This document shows positions 25,881 through 40,764 of a DNA stretch of 64,000 nt, in pieces. Origin of the DNA: Octopus bimaculoides (taxonomy: Eukaryota). The stretch is from the NCBI RefSeq assembly GCF_001194135.2, contig NC_068989.1, positions 55,426,307 to 55,490,306 on the forward strand, written 5' to 3'. Positions within the stretch are counted from its first letter, which is position 1. Every line of letters begins with the position of its first letter. The position numbers and the translations under genes were made by a program. A model generated the notes under the pieces. The model ran no database searches. It was not told the DNA's origin and saw only the letters and a list, made by a program, of their open reading frames with translations.

Positions 25881-27283
25881 GAGCCTGGTGTTGCCATCCG
25901 GTTTCACCAGTCCTCAGTCAAATTGTCCAACCCATGCTAGCATGGAAAGTGGACATTAAACGAAGATGATGATGATGATATATGCAATCAAATATCGAAC
26001 AGTGAGAATGAGTGCTCAACACTACATTGGTGGATATCAATATTCTTCATTTGTAGCAAACAATGGTTTCATGTAGAAGGAATTTATTAACAGTTATTGA
26101 GCATGCCACACAGAAACATTGGTACTCATCTCCCATTTGGATAAGAATGGATACATAGAGCTTGACATCGCCTTCTAGCTTGCCAGCTCTTGTCAAACCA
26201 TCCAACCGATGACAGCATAGAAAGAGGACATTAAATAATGATAATATATTATATATAAGACATTAAATATATAAGACATTAAAACTGCACCACTATATTC
26301 ATGATAAAGAAGTAGAGAGGTATCAGCACATTTTATGCATAAAGCATTATAATATGCTAGAATAGAACAAAATATGTAGTGTCAAAAACCCTATTAGTTG
26401 ATGGGCTAATATTTTTCCATATATCTAACAATTACAGAAGATATCTCACACATGGTTCTGCTTCATTGAACACCATCATCATAGGTATATGCTAACTGTA
26501 ACATTCCAGATTTGGAACAAATGGATGCCCAAGTATATACACAAAAATGTGTATGCAGACAAAGAGAACTGCTTAGATATACAAATTAACAATTAAAGCC
26601 GCTTCAAATTCACAAGAAATGGTTTGGTTATATATATACATACCTACATGAATGTGTGTATGCATGTGCTCTTATACACTATAAGCTCCAGTGCAGGGAG
26701 ATATACATTTTGCTTCAGTAAACAAGAAGCATTGTCAAGTTTCACTGAAGCAGTGGAAAAATATTGCTTCAAATATATAACATTCGAGTACTATAAAGAC
26801 ACAAGATTGCTCAAAGCATAGTGATTATGTATAAAACATATATTTAGTGACTGTTAAGTGACATGAAAGTGTTTTGAATTATCAATCCTCTTTCTTCTAC
26901 TGGTATCACTGATACAATGACTATAAGCTACATTAACATCTTATACACATAAAACATCATAGGCGCACACACAAACCAAGTATTTACGTGCATGCTTATA
27001 TGCATGTGTGTGTGTGTATACACAAAACTGCTGAATCACTAGAGGTGATAAATTACAGGATTCAATACAAATGTGGACTATTCTTTGGTACATTAAAACT
27101 GAAAGACAACAACTTCCAATACTCAGATAACATTAAGACAAGCAGTTTCTTCAAAGTATCATTTCATATTTCAAAACATATTCAAACAGTGAGTGTTTCA
27201 AAAGAAATGTTGGCTCAGTTTAACAGCTGATGACCAGAAACAAGTAACTCTGAGTACTGGATAATGGAGGCTTTCAGTTATAA

Positions 27284-27317
<34 letters not shown>

Positions 27318-27375
27318 CACATATATACATACATATATATATACATACATATACATATATATATGCATATATATA

Positions 27376-27409
<34 letters not shown>

Positions 27410-27590
27410 GTTTAACATCCATTTTTCATGCTGGCATGGGTTGGACGGTTCGACTGGAGTCTGGGAAGCCAGGAGACTGCACCAAGCCCCATCTGATCTG
27501 GCACCGTTTCTACAGCTGGATGCCGTTCCAAACGCCAACCACTCCAAGAGTGTAGTGGGTGCTTTTCACATGCCACTGGCACAGGGGCCA
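27376..27590 (-). mobile_element. Repeat family C, well-preserved copy
   Basis: (cat)n cgtttaacatccatttttcatgctggcatgggttggacgg...aacgccaaccactccaagagtgtagtgggtgctttt. Confidence 0.85.
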
Positions 27591-27938
27591 GAGGGGCTGG
27601 CATTGGCCACAATTGGATGGTGCTCTTTACGCGCAACCAGCACGGGGGTCACAACTACAATTTCTATTTGGTTGTAATTTGATTTGATTTTGATATTGAT
27701 GTACTTGACTCAATAGGTCTCCTCAAACACGGCATGTCACCCGACAATCTAAGGTACTTTTGAGTGGGCTGGTTATGCAACACTGGGGTAGGTTACAGCT
27801 GTGAACTCACTTTATTTGTCGGGTCTTCCCAGTCACAGCATACCTCCAGAGATATACATACATACATATACATGCATACATACACATACATATATATACA
27901 TATTTATACATACATATATATATACACAAACACACACG

Positions 27939-27992
<54 letters not shown>

Positions 27993-27997
27993 TGAGA

Positions 27998-28150
27998 GTG
28001 TGGCTGCATGGTAAGAAGTTTGCTTTCCAACCACATGGCTCTGGATTCAGTCCCACTGGATGGCACCATGGGAAAGTGTCTTCAACTATAGCCTGAGCCA
28101 ACCAAAGCCTTGTGAATGGATTTGGTAGACAGAAACTGAAAGAAGCCTAC
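27998..28150 (+). mobile_element. SINE family A, 5' half
   Basis: gtggctgcatggtaag...ggattcagtcccactg...ccaaagccttgtgaatggatttggtagacagaaactgaaagaagcc. Confidence 0.85.
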
Positions 28151-28156
28151 TCTGTG

Positions 28157-28191
<35 letters not shown>

Positions 28192-29279
28192 AAGCACACA
28201 CACACACACATAAATACATACACACAAAGACAAGGGCAGGTTTTCCAATCAAAAATGATGTATAAACATCAACTGAATGACCTACACATTGAATCAGCAT
28301 GCAAACTGGCTGAATATTCCACAGACTCAGGTACCCTTAACTTAATTCACTGGTAGAATCAGCATGACACTATGTCAAAGTTGCTAAACCTTTGAATTAG
28401 AAGTACAGTCCATCCTCTGAGCTTCAGCACCATTTCTGTACACAGAAATTTGCTCACAAGATTTGGACTGATTCGATGTTAAGATAAAAAGATATTTGTC
28501 CAAGATGCCATGCAATGGAATTGAACTCAGAGCTTTATTGTTTTGAAGCAAGTGTTTTAACCATTCCACCATGTATATGAAAATGCACTTGTGCATATCT
28601 ATTAAAACAGTGAGTCTAACACTAGACATTTTGTTTCAGCTACAGACAAGCTAGTAAAACATCTTGTTCCTTGTATAGTGGAAGATGGGCAAAAATATAG
28701 CTGGACATACCAATAAAGCAAGGAGTAAGTATGGCGGTTTTGGTGTTGGTGGTGACGGCTGTACACAGAGATAGAGTATGGGTGGTGGTGGTGGTGGTGA
28801 AGATACTAACAACCGGAGGTTTCTTATGGCTTTGAAATGGAGGCAGGTAGGGGATGAGGCAGTAAAATGGTATCAAAGCCCCACCCAGTACACACACACA
28901 CAATAACATGAAGGTAGACACATACATTTATTCATGTAGACAATACAAACATATGCACATACACAAACACACACACGCAAGCATACAGCTTGTATTGGAT
29001 ATGAATAAACAAGCAGAAATAATAAACCAGCAAAAGCACAACCCTCCATGCAGCTTTCTGTTAGCTTATGTAATACACACACACACACATACACACACAC
29101 ACACACACACAAAGAGGATTAGATTGCCAATCTTCAATCCACTGCAAGACAAAGGCCTCAGCATGTTGTCTTCACCAACCACTATATAATATGGAGGCTG
29201 TGAATCTGAGCTTGAGATCATACTGGTTTGATGAGCCTACTTTGTCACAGTGGCCCAACATGGCTTGGCAGAGGGGGCA

Positions 29280-29315
<36 letters not shown>

Positions 29316-31739
29316 TATACTTGTCATATTAAATGCAGAGCAGACTCCCTGCTATTCTACTAAAAGAAAAAAAACACAAAACAGAAAGCATAACCATTTG
29401 TGTTTATTCATACACTCGTTAGATAAATATTTTCATCAACATGCACAAACCAAGGGGACTAAAACAGAAGAAATGACTAAACAATGATAAGAAATGGGTT
29501 AACCATGTGTAAAGGTAATTTTTATGCAGTCATTGAAGCTAATGTGTGAAATCATATGACAGTTCTTGAAACTTTCATAATCAAAAGAAGAACTGATAGT
29601 GAAGTTAAGATATGGCAATACAGTTTGTTTTTATAGATTAATAAGCTAATGATATACTACATGTTAACAACAAGGATAAATACAACTAACATAAATCAAC
29701 CATCTGTTCATTTAACCATAACTGTACACAAAATGGTGAAAAATATATTAGGAAATTTACCCCCCCCCCCCACTCTTTTAAAATATTATTAAAGGGCTGT
29801 GACATTGGGAATTTAGGTGCTATTTTTGGCTTTCATTTTCTTTTTTTCTTTTTTTTTTGCATTTTGTTGTTATTGTTTAATCAAGAATTAAAATTAAATA
29901 GAAGTGAGAAAATGCTTTTGATTGTAAATGAATTCTTTGTGCTACGATACATTCTTTAAAGATTGAGTCATTCAAGAAAACAACTTACCAAGCGGAAAAG
30001 ATCGAAAGAAATTACAGAAGAAGACACCTTACTGACTAAGTCACTAATCAAGACATTAGTTACATATATTATAAGCAAAGGTTAACAAAGCAAAAAAGAA
30101 TGAACTAAATCTTGCAAAAGAACAAAATCAAACAAAATGGTACCAACATAGGAATTAGTCTATCTTCATTAGTATGCTGGAATTGTCAAATTAATCAGTG
30201 ATTATAACTTGGAGAAGAACCTATTAAACTATCTTACTAAATTAAAGTTACACACTCTGTAGTTAAGTTTGCAAAATTGTCCAAGACATAAGACTCGCAG
30301 AAATCTTTGCTGTACAATCAGAAATTGGTCTTTCAATAAAAAGACACAAAATGCAATCTAACCGACAGCTTTAAAGTTAATGCCAGCTTTGTGCTACATT
30401 AAGTCATTAGACAAACACTAATACAAAATTAATTTTCAGGTGAGAAGGAATTTAATTTAAACTTCACTTGGTTATTATCTTTATTTTTATTACATTCAGT
30501 TTATTCTCTGTTTAACCCTGAAAAAAGTTATAAAGTTAAACTTGAAGGTGAATTCACCTGGAAAAAAAAGGTTCACACATAACTTTTCAGTTGAAGCAAG
30601 CAATGACAATCTGAGTTGGATATTTGTTTATATGAGATTTTTAGCAGAGGTTGAGAACAAGACAATATAATAAAACAGACATGAAATCTGAGAATTTTAT
30701 GAGTTGTTGCAGGAAGCTCATAGAATCAGTATCACCAAATGGTTGAGAAGTTTATTTCTCCATCTTGAGGTCAGCTTGATTCTACAAAGTGGCATCTTTG
30801 GCAAATGCCTTTTACCATAGCTTTAAGTCAACTCATATCTTGTGAGAGAAAATGGGTAGTCAGAAATTGTATGGAAGCCCATTGAAGGGATTGTAGCTGT
30901 AATTCAAAGAGCTAACCACGTCACACTATTATGATTTTTGGCTGAGAATTACATTAAAAGTACATATGTGCATGTGATATGCAGCCACCTTATATGCTAA
31001 TCTAGTGAGCTTGGAAGTTTCATTTGATTGAACAACCAAAAACTTATGGTCAGAAATTCTGACTCTGGTCCATTTAGTGAGAAGATGACATTCACATGTG
31101 GCAAAAGTACTTGCAACGTGAGAGGGATAATTCCAGTTGGTATTCAAAGCAGGGCCTCAAGGCTGATGACTAAGGACCAAAACAATATAAGGATTTCTTA
31201 CACAGGAACAAAGTTTCTAGTAGAAACAAGAAAGGAAGTGAGAGTACAAGGCATTCATGCTTTCCTCTCAAAATTTAATGATGTAAGATAGATAACTAGA
31301 ACCAGGAGCTGAAACTGTGTGGCGGATTCTATCTCAACTTTGTGGCACTTCACTCAATTGAGATAACATAATGTAAGTAAAACTTATCTGAAGTAATGAA
31401 ATCCAAAAGTGTATGGTGAATACATGCCAGAAGTGATGACACAGGGAGTGTTTTATTGTTGCTGATTAATGATTTTAAGATAAACAATCTGTAGAGCAGT
31501 AGTGAAATAGTTTGGTAAACCAATCTTATATACAGCTAGACAGTATTAAGTTAATTCAGAAAACCAAATATGGCCTTAAGTATTTATTGTACGACTTGCT
31601 TTATTAAGTAAACCAAATAGACTGGATTAAAGAACTGACTTTGTTAGATTACTCTGATAATATCTGATTTCAAATATACACAATGTTGAATCGTTATAGC
31701 AGTCACAAAATCTTAAACACAACAATTTCATTGATCAGA

Positions 31740-32050
31740 GCAACTCTATTCAAAGGGCAAACTGTACAAATGGAACAGATATAAGGAGTATGACGATGCA
31801 TGCTAGTGAGACATAGATCACTATAAAAAGGACTTGAGATAATAACTGGGGGGATCACAAGTAAGTTGAGAAAGTTGCTGGGCATTAGATAATAATGTGT
31901 GCAGGAGAGGTAGCTGCTCTGTTATAGATATGTGATGAAAATGAATGGTATGTGTTGGGTGAGAAAATGCTACGAAGTTAACAGTTGAAGGCATCTTTGA
32001 TAAAGGAACCACAAGGAAAGTATGGAACAAATGTTGAGGCCAGATTTAAG
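31740..32050 (+). mobile_element. RTE-clade LINE ORF2 C-terminal remnant
   Basis: KGKLYK, IRSMTMHASET*, LRKLLGIR and VQER*LLCYRYVMKM match KGxLY..MLHGSETW and ERRLRWYGHVMRM. Confidence 0.7.
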
Positions 32051-32164
32051 TATATTTAATTTCACACCACAGATAATAGGCGGATTGAGAAAGAAAAAAA
32101 TATCATAGCAAAACTTGTCAACCCATAGCAAGATTAAAAAACAGACCATTATTATTATCATTGA

Positions 32165-32385
32165 AGGCGGTAAGCTAGCAGAATCATTCACATGCAGGGC
32201 TAAATGCTTAGCAGCTTTTTGTCCAGGTTTACATTCTGAGTTCAAATTCTACCAAAGTTGACTCTGTCTTTTATCCTTACAGGGTTGATAAAATAAGTAC
32301 CTGTTGAACACTAGGGTCAATGTAATTGGCTCATCCCCTCCCCGAAATTGCTGGCCTTGTACCAAAATTTGAAACCATTATTATA
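32165..32385 (+). mobile_element. SINE family B
   Basis: aggcggtaagctagcagaatc...ttctgagttcaaattc...agggttgataaaataagtacc; inverse of 3126-3349. Confidence 0.85.
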
Positions 32386-34914
32386 TTACTACTACTACTA
32401 CAATATGAGAGTAATGTAACTAGAACATCATAAATTATACAAAAGAGAAAGATATAATGAGAACCAGATTATGCAACAGCAGTAAAAGATATATAGTAAA
32501 ATGCCCTTTAAGAGATTTTGTCATTCTTGATTATAAATCCATGTTGAACCAAGATCATAACAATTGCTGTCCCATTGTTCCCTTTTGCCTAGAATATGAT
32601 TTGTTCAAAGATATATCTGATAACAGTTGTTGCCTTTTCAAATGTTATAACTGGAGTTATACACCTAGAATTCTTTTCTGAACTTTCAAAGATATTATTT
32701 TCTTTATAAAATCATAATCAAGACTGGTCAAAGATCTTTTCAAGTAGGGAAACTACTTAAGAAAATTTTCTCTACTTTGAAAAGATATATTTCATATACA
32801 TTTCATTTGTACACTCATTGAATATAAATAAACATCATAAAGTGAAGAAACTAGTTGCCTATTATGAAGCAACAGAACACAATTCTTAAGTTACTTATAA
32901 TATTCATTTTGTACTTGCATTAATCATCTGTCATCTTACACAGATGCACTTAGAAATTCAAGGATAAAACTAATGAAGTCAAATTCATTTTGTTTTGAAT
33001 TCAAGTGTTGTAATGTTATGTCCCCCAAATACACAAGAAATTTTACTATAATTAAGATGATCAAATTTATAGTTGCAATATTTCTGCACCAGAGAATGAT
33101 GAATTTGAGGACTATTCTTCAGTTTGATTATGACCTATTTCTCCATGGACATCTTGGTCTCCAATATTTCAAGCACCATATTAACAGTATCTTTGTTCTT
33201 CTGGCATTTCTAATACAAAAGTGTCTCTACAGCCCAAATAAAAATTTACAACAATTTTTCTTTTTAAATAAGCTATACATTACAACAATAAAATGTTTTG
33301 TAACAATGAAATTTGCTTTGATGACATGGCTGAAGTAGTAATGGTAGTAGGTAGCAGATATTAAGATGTGATGTTAATTTTTCTTCAATAGAGAAACATT
33401 TCTTCAGTCTAAGAAGTTGGTAATTTCCAACAAACATGGCAGTCAATGAAATATGAAAAATAAGGACCCATATGAAGCAAACCACAGCTAAGAAAATTAA
33501 TGGAAAAGTTTTAGGCTTTGCATAATAACATCAAGAAAATTTTTTTTCCATATACAGGAACATACGTCATTCCTTAATTGAAATGTAATAGATTAAACCT
33601 GGCTTCATTATGTAAAGAGTAAATAATCAAGAACTTGATAGGGACCCATGCTGGTTTGAGGACTGAATTTGATAATAAAAATAGGTCAACAATTGAAGAA
33701 TTCTTCCTTAGTGAAACAGAGGGCATAACATTGAAATATTAATATAAAATCAGATAAATATTTTTAGTAAACATACATATTTAGCTTGTACTTGTCTAGT
33801 AGGTGACTTGATTTAAGACTATTGAAACCAGAGCAATTAAATCATGGAAGAGCCTTTCTTGTCTTTAATAATGCACAAAATAATTAAATTCACTTTAAAT
33901 TTATTTCATAAGAGGCCAACATTTTCATCATACAACTGTGACCTAGTCACCAACACAGTTGCATTGCAACTACGTAAAGATGATAATGAGGTTAAATGAC
34001 ATGTTTTTCTTTCTTAGTCTAGGAAAACAGAGCTAAACCTGGCCTGTCTCAATGTTTTTTACAGTTTCATTGGAAATTCTTTGCTCTACTTTTTACAGCA
34101 GGGTCAAAAATGTGTGTTTACTAAAAACTTCCCCCCACTCCCACACTCTCTCTCTCTCTCCCCTTTCTATCAGCACTGCCACCAAGTTAGCCAGGTGGAG
34201 AGAGTTGCTAAAACATCAGTGTAACAAAGCAAAACTTGTCAAAGGATGCTTGAACTCAATGTCACAACAGTACACAAGGACAAGCACGCTGCAAGTCCAT
34301 TGAATGATAGGTATATCTGTGCTTTTAAACCATAATGAAGGCAGCCACTCTAAGAGACTATTCAGATAAAAAACTTAATGGTAAAGCCAATATAATTTTT
34401 GTTCTGTAACCATTTATAAAACCCAATGATCTTAGCATGGAGTGTTTCAAACAAGGTAGCTAGGTGTTGTGAAAACTAAATTTTCCATTTATTATGCACA
34501 GGTATTGCATTTTCAATGCAGAAGGTCCCCTTGTGTTGAGTTATCTTCAAGTTATATATAATATCTTAGAGATCATATTCTCATATATTTTTTGTAGTCT
34601 TCAAAATTTTCTAAAGAATGTGTGTATGGGTGCATGCATTTTAAGGCAACCACCGGCCATATAATACCTAAAGGTGATAGATTTTAGGTAATACATGGCT
34701 GGTGGTGATAGATTTTGGATAAAACATAGCTGGTGGTTACCTAAAAATGCATGCACACACATATGCAAAACACATTATCAACTTTATGAATGTAAACCTG
34801 CAAAATAATGGAAATAGAAAAAAGAGCTTGTGAGACTTAATTTCGCAGGTTTGGCCAGGTAAAAGTTGCAAGGGAAGGGAGCAGAGTTCAAGCCATCATC
34901 AAATCGCTGCTAAA

Positions 34915-36262
34915 GGGGATGTATCTAATTGGCTGTTGGAACATAAAAAACTTGATTGACAATGAAGTATCTGCTGAAAAAAAAAACTTATTTACTTTCC
35001 ATGGAACTTGCTATAAGTACACAACAGATACTGTTGCCTTATTTGAAACCCATTTTGCTGGCAAGGGTCAATATTCTGAAACAAGAGGTGACAACACTAT
35101 TTTTTGATATGGAAAAGATAATTAGGAGAGAGTGTTTAGAGTTAGTTTTACAGTTAAGAAAATATTAATCCAATATTTTACTGAATAACTACCTGGCTTA
35201 AATTATGGATGTATGTCTATACTTCTGTCTTTTGGTCACTCAGTAACATTGATCAGTGTCAATGCACCAATATAGTATGATTGTGATGATGATAAAAATC
35301 TTTTTTATGAGCAACTAAAAAGCATTATTGAGAAAATTTCAGCTGGAGATAAAGTAATAAATTTCGAGAGACAATAATGCAGAAATTGGTAAAAATTTTG
35401 AAATATGAATGGTGTTTAGGGCATCATGAAACAAAACAATCAAAGTTAAACTTCAATGGTTTACTTATGCCACAAGTGTGCTCAGAATTGAATTTCACTG
35501 TAGCATTTTCTTTGGCCAGAAACAGATTTACAAAGGGAACTCAGATTCCAAGAAATGACAATGATTGATTATGTTCAAACTAGAAGAGATTTGAATGATG
35601 TGAGAGGATGTCTTGGTTTTAAGAAGTACAGTATTCAAAGAGATCACAATTTTGCATAACCTAAACACAAGTTCAAAATTAGAAAGAATATTCAATGTTT
35701 CAAGAGGCTTGATGTTGAAAAGCTAAAGAAAAATATGTCAGGCAAGGGGATTAAAACAAGGATTTAATTTATTGGTAGATACCACTAAATGGGATGATTT
35801 CAAAGACCAACGTAAACCAAATTTCAAAAGCAGTAACAGAGCTGCAAAATCTAAAAACCCATAGCTGTCACACTTGCAAAATAGCAGACTGAGGTGGGTC
35901 AATATATTACTCATATGAAAGACAAAGGAAATACAAAGTGCCTACTCTATAGAGAAGAACTATGTTCTAAGACAATGCAAACCTCAGTAAAGACTGCCTT
36001 AAATTTGTTTTGGAAAAAAAAATGCGAACTTCATCTGGAAAGTTAGGAAATACTAGCAACTGATAGGATGTCTGAAGAAAAAGCACACTCAAAACGTCCA
36101 TCCATACATTTTGAAAAGAACTGCATTAAACATGCAAAGCTAAAATGAAATGCAAGGAACAGCAACCGCATTGATATCAATCATAACATCAAATGTTCAA
36201 CTTGCAACTAATTTTCTCTATCTAAAGCCGATCTTGTTAATCACTTGAGGCTATATGAATGA
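34915..36262 (+). mobile_element. Internally deleted RTE-type LINE (APE endonuclease joined to C-terminus, RT missing)
   Basis: IGCWNIKNL, VALFETHFAG, FYEQLKSIIEKISAGDK and NFNGLL (endonuclease), then LRWVN..HMKD and a terminal CSTC..NHLRLY C2H2; multiple stops and frameshifts. Confidence 0.8.
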
Positions 36263-36789
36263 AAGCTATCAAATAATAAATCTTTGCTACCTGAAAGTAT
36301 GAAAATCATATAATAAAATGTCTTTTTACCAGGAGTCAAAAAAAACACATGTCTGTAGAGAATGCCAAACATCATGATTCTGCATGGTATTTAACTGAAA
36401 ACAGCTGTTTATGTGATGGTTGTAGCAAACAGCAGATCATCAGCTAAGCTAAAAAGACATCTTTGCTTTGCAGCTTATCAACATGTAATGGTCATACTCA
36501 TTTTGGGGTCAACTGCCATCAGTTGCGTGTGTGTGAGTGTGAGAGAGAGAGAGAGAGTGTGTGTGTGTATGTGTGTGTGTGTGTGTGTTAACAGTCCCAT
36601 TTGTAATGGGAAAAACCACAATAAAGATAAAATTAGGTCAAGTGCCCAGACATTGGTTTCCCAAGACCTGGGGTGGCACTTAAAATGAATGGCTCTTGAC
36701 TGTGTGGATTCATGACAAGAATGGATGTAATGTACTGATAAATCCAATTCCCATTCAAATCAAAGTTTGTATAAAATGCAGAAAGTGAA

Positions 36790-38150
36790 AGGTGCACATC
36801 TGATGCAAAAACCTGTTCTTGCTGGTAAAGACTGGTTTGAGAGGGTTAAGAGGCACCTGAATTGACACAACATTAAAATGGCCAGTCAAATGCCAGTGCT
36901 GCAACTAATTATCAAGGAGGAACTGAAGAAAATCTTCAGTGATGGAGGTTATGTATAAGAAAAAAAGAGTACAACACTGATAAAAACCAGGATTTTCTCA
37001 AAGAAAATACCTTCCAGGAATTTTATTTCTACTGAAATAAAATCAGCACCAGATTTAAAGGTTTCCAAAAGTCAGTTGATACTTCTTGTGCAAGGAAATG
37101 CTACAGGTGATATGAAACGAAAGACCCTGCTTGTGTATCACTTCATAAATCCAAGAGCTTTCAAGGGTTATAGTAAATTTGATTTAATTGTCATTCAGCA
37201 TTCAAATAAGGATTGGCAAGAAATCTTTTTCAAGACAAGTTAACGAGCCTTTTTTGCCTCTAGTAGAAAGGTACAATATCAGGTACAATATTGCCAATGA
37301 AGCATTCATCTTTCTAGACAATGCACCCACTGAACACAAAATAATTTTTCTTAGTTGTTGGCTGCTATTTCTAACTTTCGGTGTGTGGTGAAGCAATACT
37401 TGCTGAATCCTAAATTTTAAATTGTGTCTATACATTTACTGATAATGGTTTTTTAACACACCGAATTACTAATTATCAATTAATTATTAATTTTTACCCT
37501 ATATCTGTTTGTGTGAAATATATTTCCAAGAACATAACATTGCTCCAGTCAACAGGTCAAAGCGTGATAGCTAACTACAAGGCATATTATCTGAAAATAA
37601 CTTCGAAACAACTGACGAGGAGGATAAGTCTACAGTTAAAGATTTCTGGAAGAAGTCCATCATAGATGCAGTGAATAACACAGACAAGTTATGAGGTTAA
37701 AAGAAATCCTAAGCTACAGTGAAAAATATAGTAGCCAGACTATATCCATGATTCAACTGTATTGTCATCACCAGTAAGTCTAAAACAAGTTCAGCAAGTC
37801 ATGCTGACACTGGCATATGACAGTTTGAAGAAGTGATCAATAACAAGCAATGGAGTTGCTAGGTTCTCACTGAGAAAGTTTGCCTAATGAGGTGTCAATA
37901 ATGCCAGAACCAGAGCAGGCCAAGAAGAGAATACAAAAGCTACAAAGCTACACTCATTCCACTTCAAGCTGACAGTAAAGAATAAACGACTGGAACTTAC
38001 AGAAGAAAGTTTGCTAGTCTCTGCAGATAATGACTCTGGTTATGAACATAACAGAAAAATTACAAAAGGAGTTAATAAAAAGCTCAGTTCTTAGATTGAA
38101 TTTTGCAAAGACATAGTATGTTTGAAGCCAATACTCCACAGTCTTTCTTC
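36790..38150 (+). mobile_element. Tigger/pogo-family DNA transposase remnant
   Basis: AGKDWFERVK, KIPSRNFISTEIKSAPDLKVSKSQLILLVQGNATGDMKRKTLLVYH..NPRAFKG, IFLDNAPTEH, QSVIANYKAYYLK; frameshifted. Confidence 0.85.
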
Positions 38151-38589
38151 TAGCAGGCACCTCTTCATGCACCAGTTCCCATCACATGGCCATCAACACC
38201 ATTTATGGTGAATATATACTATATGTACTACAGATGTATTACTGCAATGTTACTATATTATTTATTTCTCTTCAAATGCTTTTACATATACATACTATAC
38301 GCAGCATGTATTTAAAAATTGATATTTTCAGCAGAATGCATATCAATTCCTGATATGGAAACCAATAGCAAAATATACTTTATATGACAAAATCTCATGT
38401 TATGGAGGATATTCCAGAGTGAGGAATGCCTCTTTTGCTTTCCCTCTCTCTCTGAGAGAGAGAGAGAGACAGAAAGTGTGTGTGTGTGTGTGTACCACGA
38501 AAAGTGCTCAGGAGAATCCTCCTCTGCAGAATAAAACTTTAAAATGAAGAAATGGTGGGAGAGGGTAAGTTTTATTTCAGACCTGAGAG

Positions 38590-39860
38590 AAGAAGTCTAT
38601 GCCGCACTACTTTTATAGTCAGATAAATAATTACAAAAGCAAAACATCAAGTTTATTACTCTTCCACTTTATTGATTCAGAAGCTGCTTCTGACACGATC
38701 TGGTAGAAGGTCCCATGGAAATTGATGACAGTTATAAGTATAGACATCAAGACAGAGCAAATTATAGAGGGGAAACAGCAGATGTGCAATGATCATTGAC
38801 AGCTGAATGGATTGTTTTGAAGTACTGTGTACATCTAAGACAAGAATTGCCAGCTGTCCCCCCAGCCATTCTAAAATCTTCTGGAAAGTTCTCACTAAAG
38901 AACTGAATGACTCAAATGAAAGTCTGGCACTCACTGAATCCTCTCTCTCCATAGTGAGGTTGGTGAAACAAACCTAATACCCATGATATTTGACAAATTG
39001 AAGATGTCCACTAAATAGAGACAAAATGGGAAGAATAAAGAAGCATGAAAATAAATGGCACCAGTTGCAAGATTCTTTGACTTATTGGAGAAATTATCAG
39101 GATGTATGGTTCAACAGTAGAACACATTACGGTGTTAGCTTTCTGTGAGTATCATACCAAATGGATTAGAAGACATGAAGAAATGGATCTCATTAATAAA
39201 TCTACTGCTTACAACATTAAGAAAGGCTTCTGGAAAGAGAGTGAAGAGATATCAGCTAGGAAAACAAAAACTTTGATTATATTTCCTCAATTGCAACCTA
39301 CGGCTCAGAGATATGCACTGTAAAAATCTGAAGGAACAGGGAGAAATTTTTGAAATATGGTAATTTTGGTCTATGCTAGGGATATCAATGAAACCGACAT
39401 GAGAATACTTTCATATAAAAGAGCGTTTCACATGACATGCATCATTACTAAGATAAATAGGAGGAAACTGTAATTGTTCAACCATGTAATAAGAAAGCTA
39501 TCCAATAACAATATAGTGCAGGCATTCAGCCAAGACATTCCAAACACAAGACTAATGGCGTTAAGAGTCCTAAAAAGTGGATTACTCCAGATTCCTGAAG
39601 ATACAGAGTGGCCAGTCACACCGGAAAGCCTTGCATTCATTCTACAAGTTCAATGTGTTCATTCACTCAGAGACTACATGGATGAAGAGGTGAACAGATG
39701 AGACAGTGATGACAGAAGAACCAGAATGTATGAGAAAAGTGTGGAAGAGTGTAATGTTAGGTAAAAGAGGTGAGAAAATGGTGGCTTCTAATAGAGGAGG
39801 AGAAATGTTAGAGGAGAATGATGGATCTAAATAACAGGTGGCACAGTAACATGGAGGAGT
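38590..39860 (+). mobile_element. Decayed LINE reverse transcriptase remnant
   Basis: TFIDSEAASDTI (cf. AFIDFRKAFDSV) and EISARKTKTL (cf. LKISxxKTK), heavily degraded. Confidence 0.55.
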
Positions 39861-40764
39861 ATAGAAGGAGTAATGCTAGATAGAGAGTAAGCACTACATG
39901 ATGATCTCTTAAACACATGCTTTGACAGGGAAAGGAGCAAAGATTATAAACTGAGGGAGAGAAGTATTGAGTGTATCTATCTATTTATATATAAATAAAT
40001 AGAGAGAGATAGACAGACAGACAGGCATAATGGTTGTGTCATTAAGAATTTTGCTTAAGAACTACATGGTCAGGTGTTTGGTTCAACTGTATGGACACTG
40101 CCAACTGGTATCTTCTACAAGAGTTCCAGGCTGACCAATATCATGAGAGTGAAATTGATAGACGTAAACTCAAGAATCTCATCATGTGCATGTGTGAGTG
40201 TGTTGGTTCATGTTTACCTTCATATTCACATGCATTTGCTGACAGCAAACAAAAGCCTCACCTTTCATATGGACAGTGTCATTAGCTTGCAGTCCATGTT
40301 GAATGCATGTCTGGCTTCTCAACTAGTTGCACAGTTTCGTAACAAAACACTCTCCATTCATACAAATGGTTGTTTGTTTCCAGATCTCCCACGTAAACAT
40401 GGCTGTTCATTGTTTCATAATATTCTGATTAATATATGTAAATTTATATCGCGGGCTCCTCAGTATATTGAGGGTTTCTGTGGCCAATAGGTATTTATAT
40501 TTATTTAGGTTTTAATTATTTCTGTGGGAGGTTTTGGAACATAACACCTGCAATAGTTGAGGGATTACTGTATGTATATATGTGTGTGTGTGTGTGTGTG
40601 TGTATACACATACACCACACACACATATATATACACATGTATGTATCTCAATCTTGATCTTATTTCATGAAGGATACAGTAACACAAGCATTACACAGAA
40701 TTAGATTACAGTGCTGGGACATGTAATGATCTTAATTAATTGTCAATTTAAATAGAATAATTCC

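Noticed and set aside
27264-28356. Cluster of His/Tyr/Ile/Cys/Val-rich ORFs (also 42855-44163, 54219-54549, 63499-63899)
   Set aside because: They are translations of (CA)n, (TA)n and (CAT)n microsatellites and SINE sequence.
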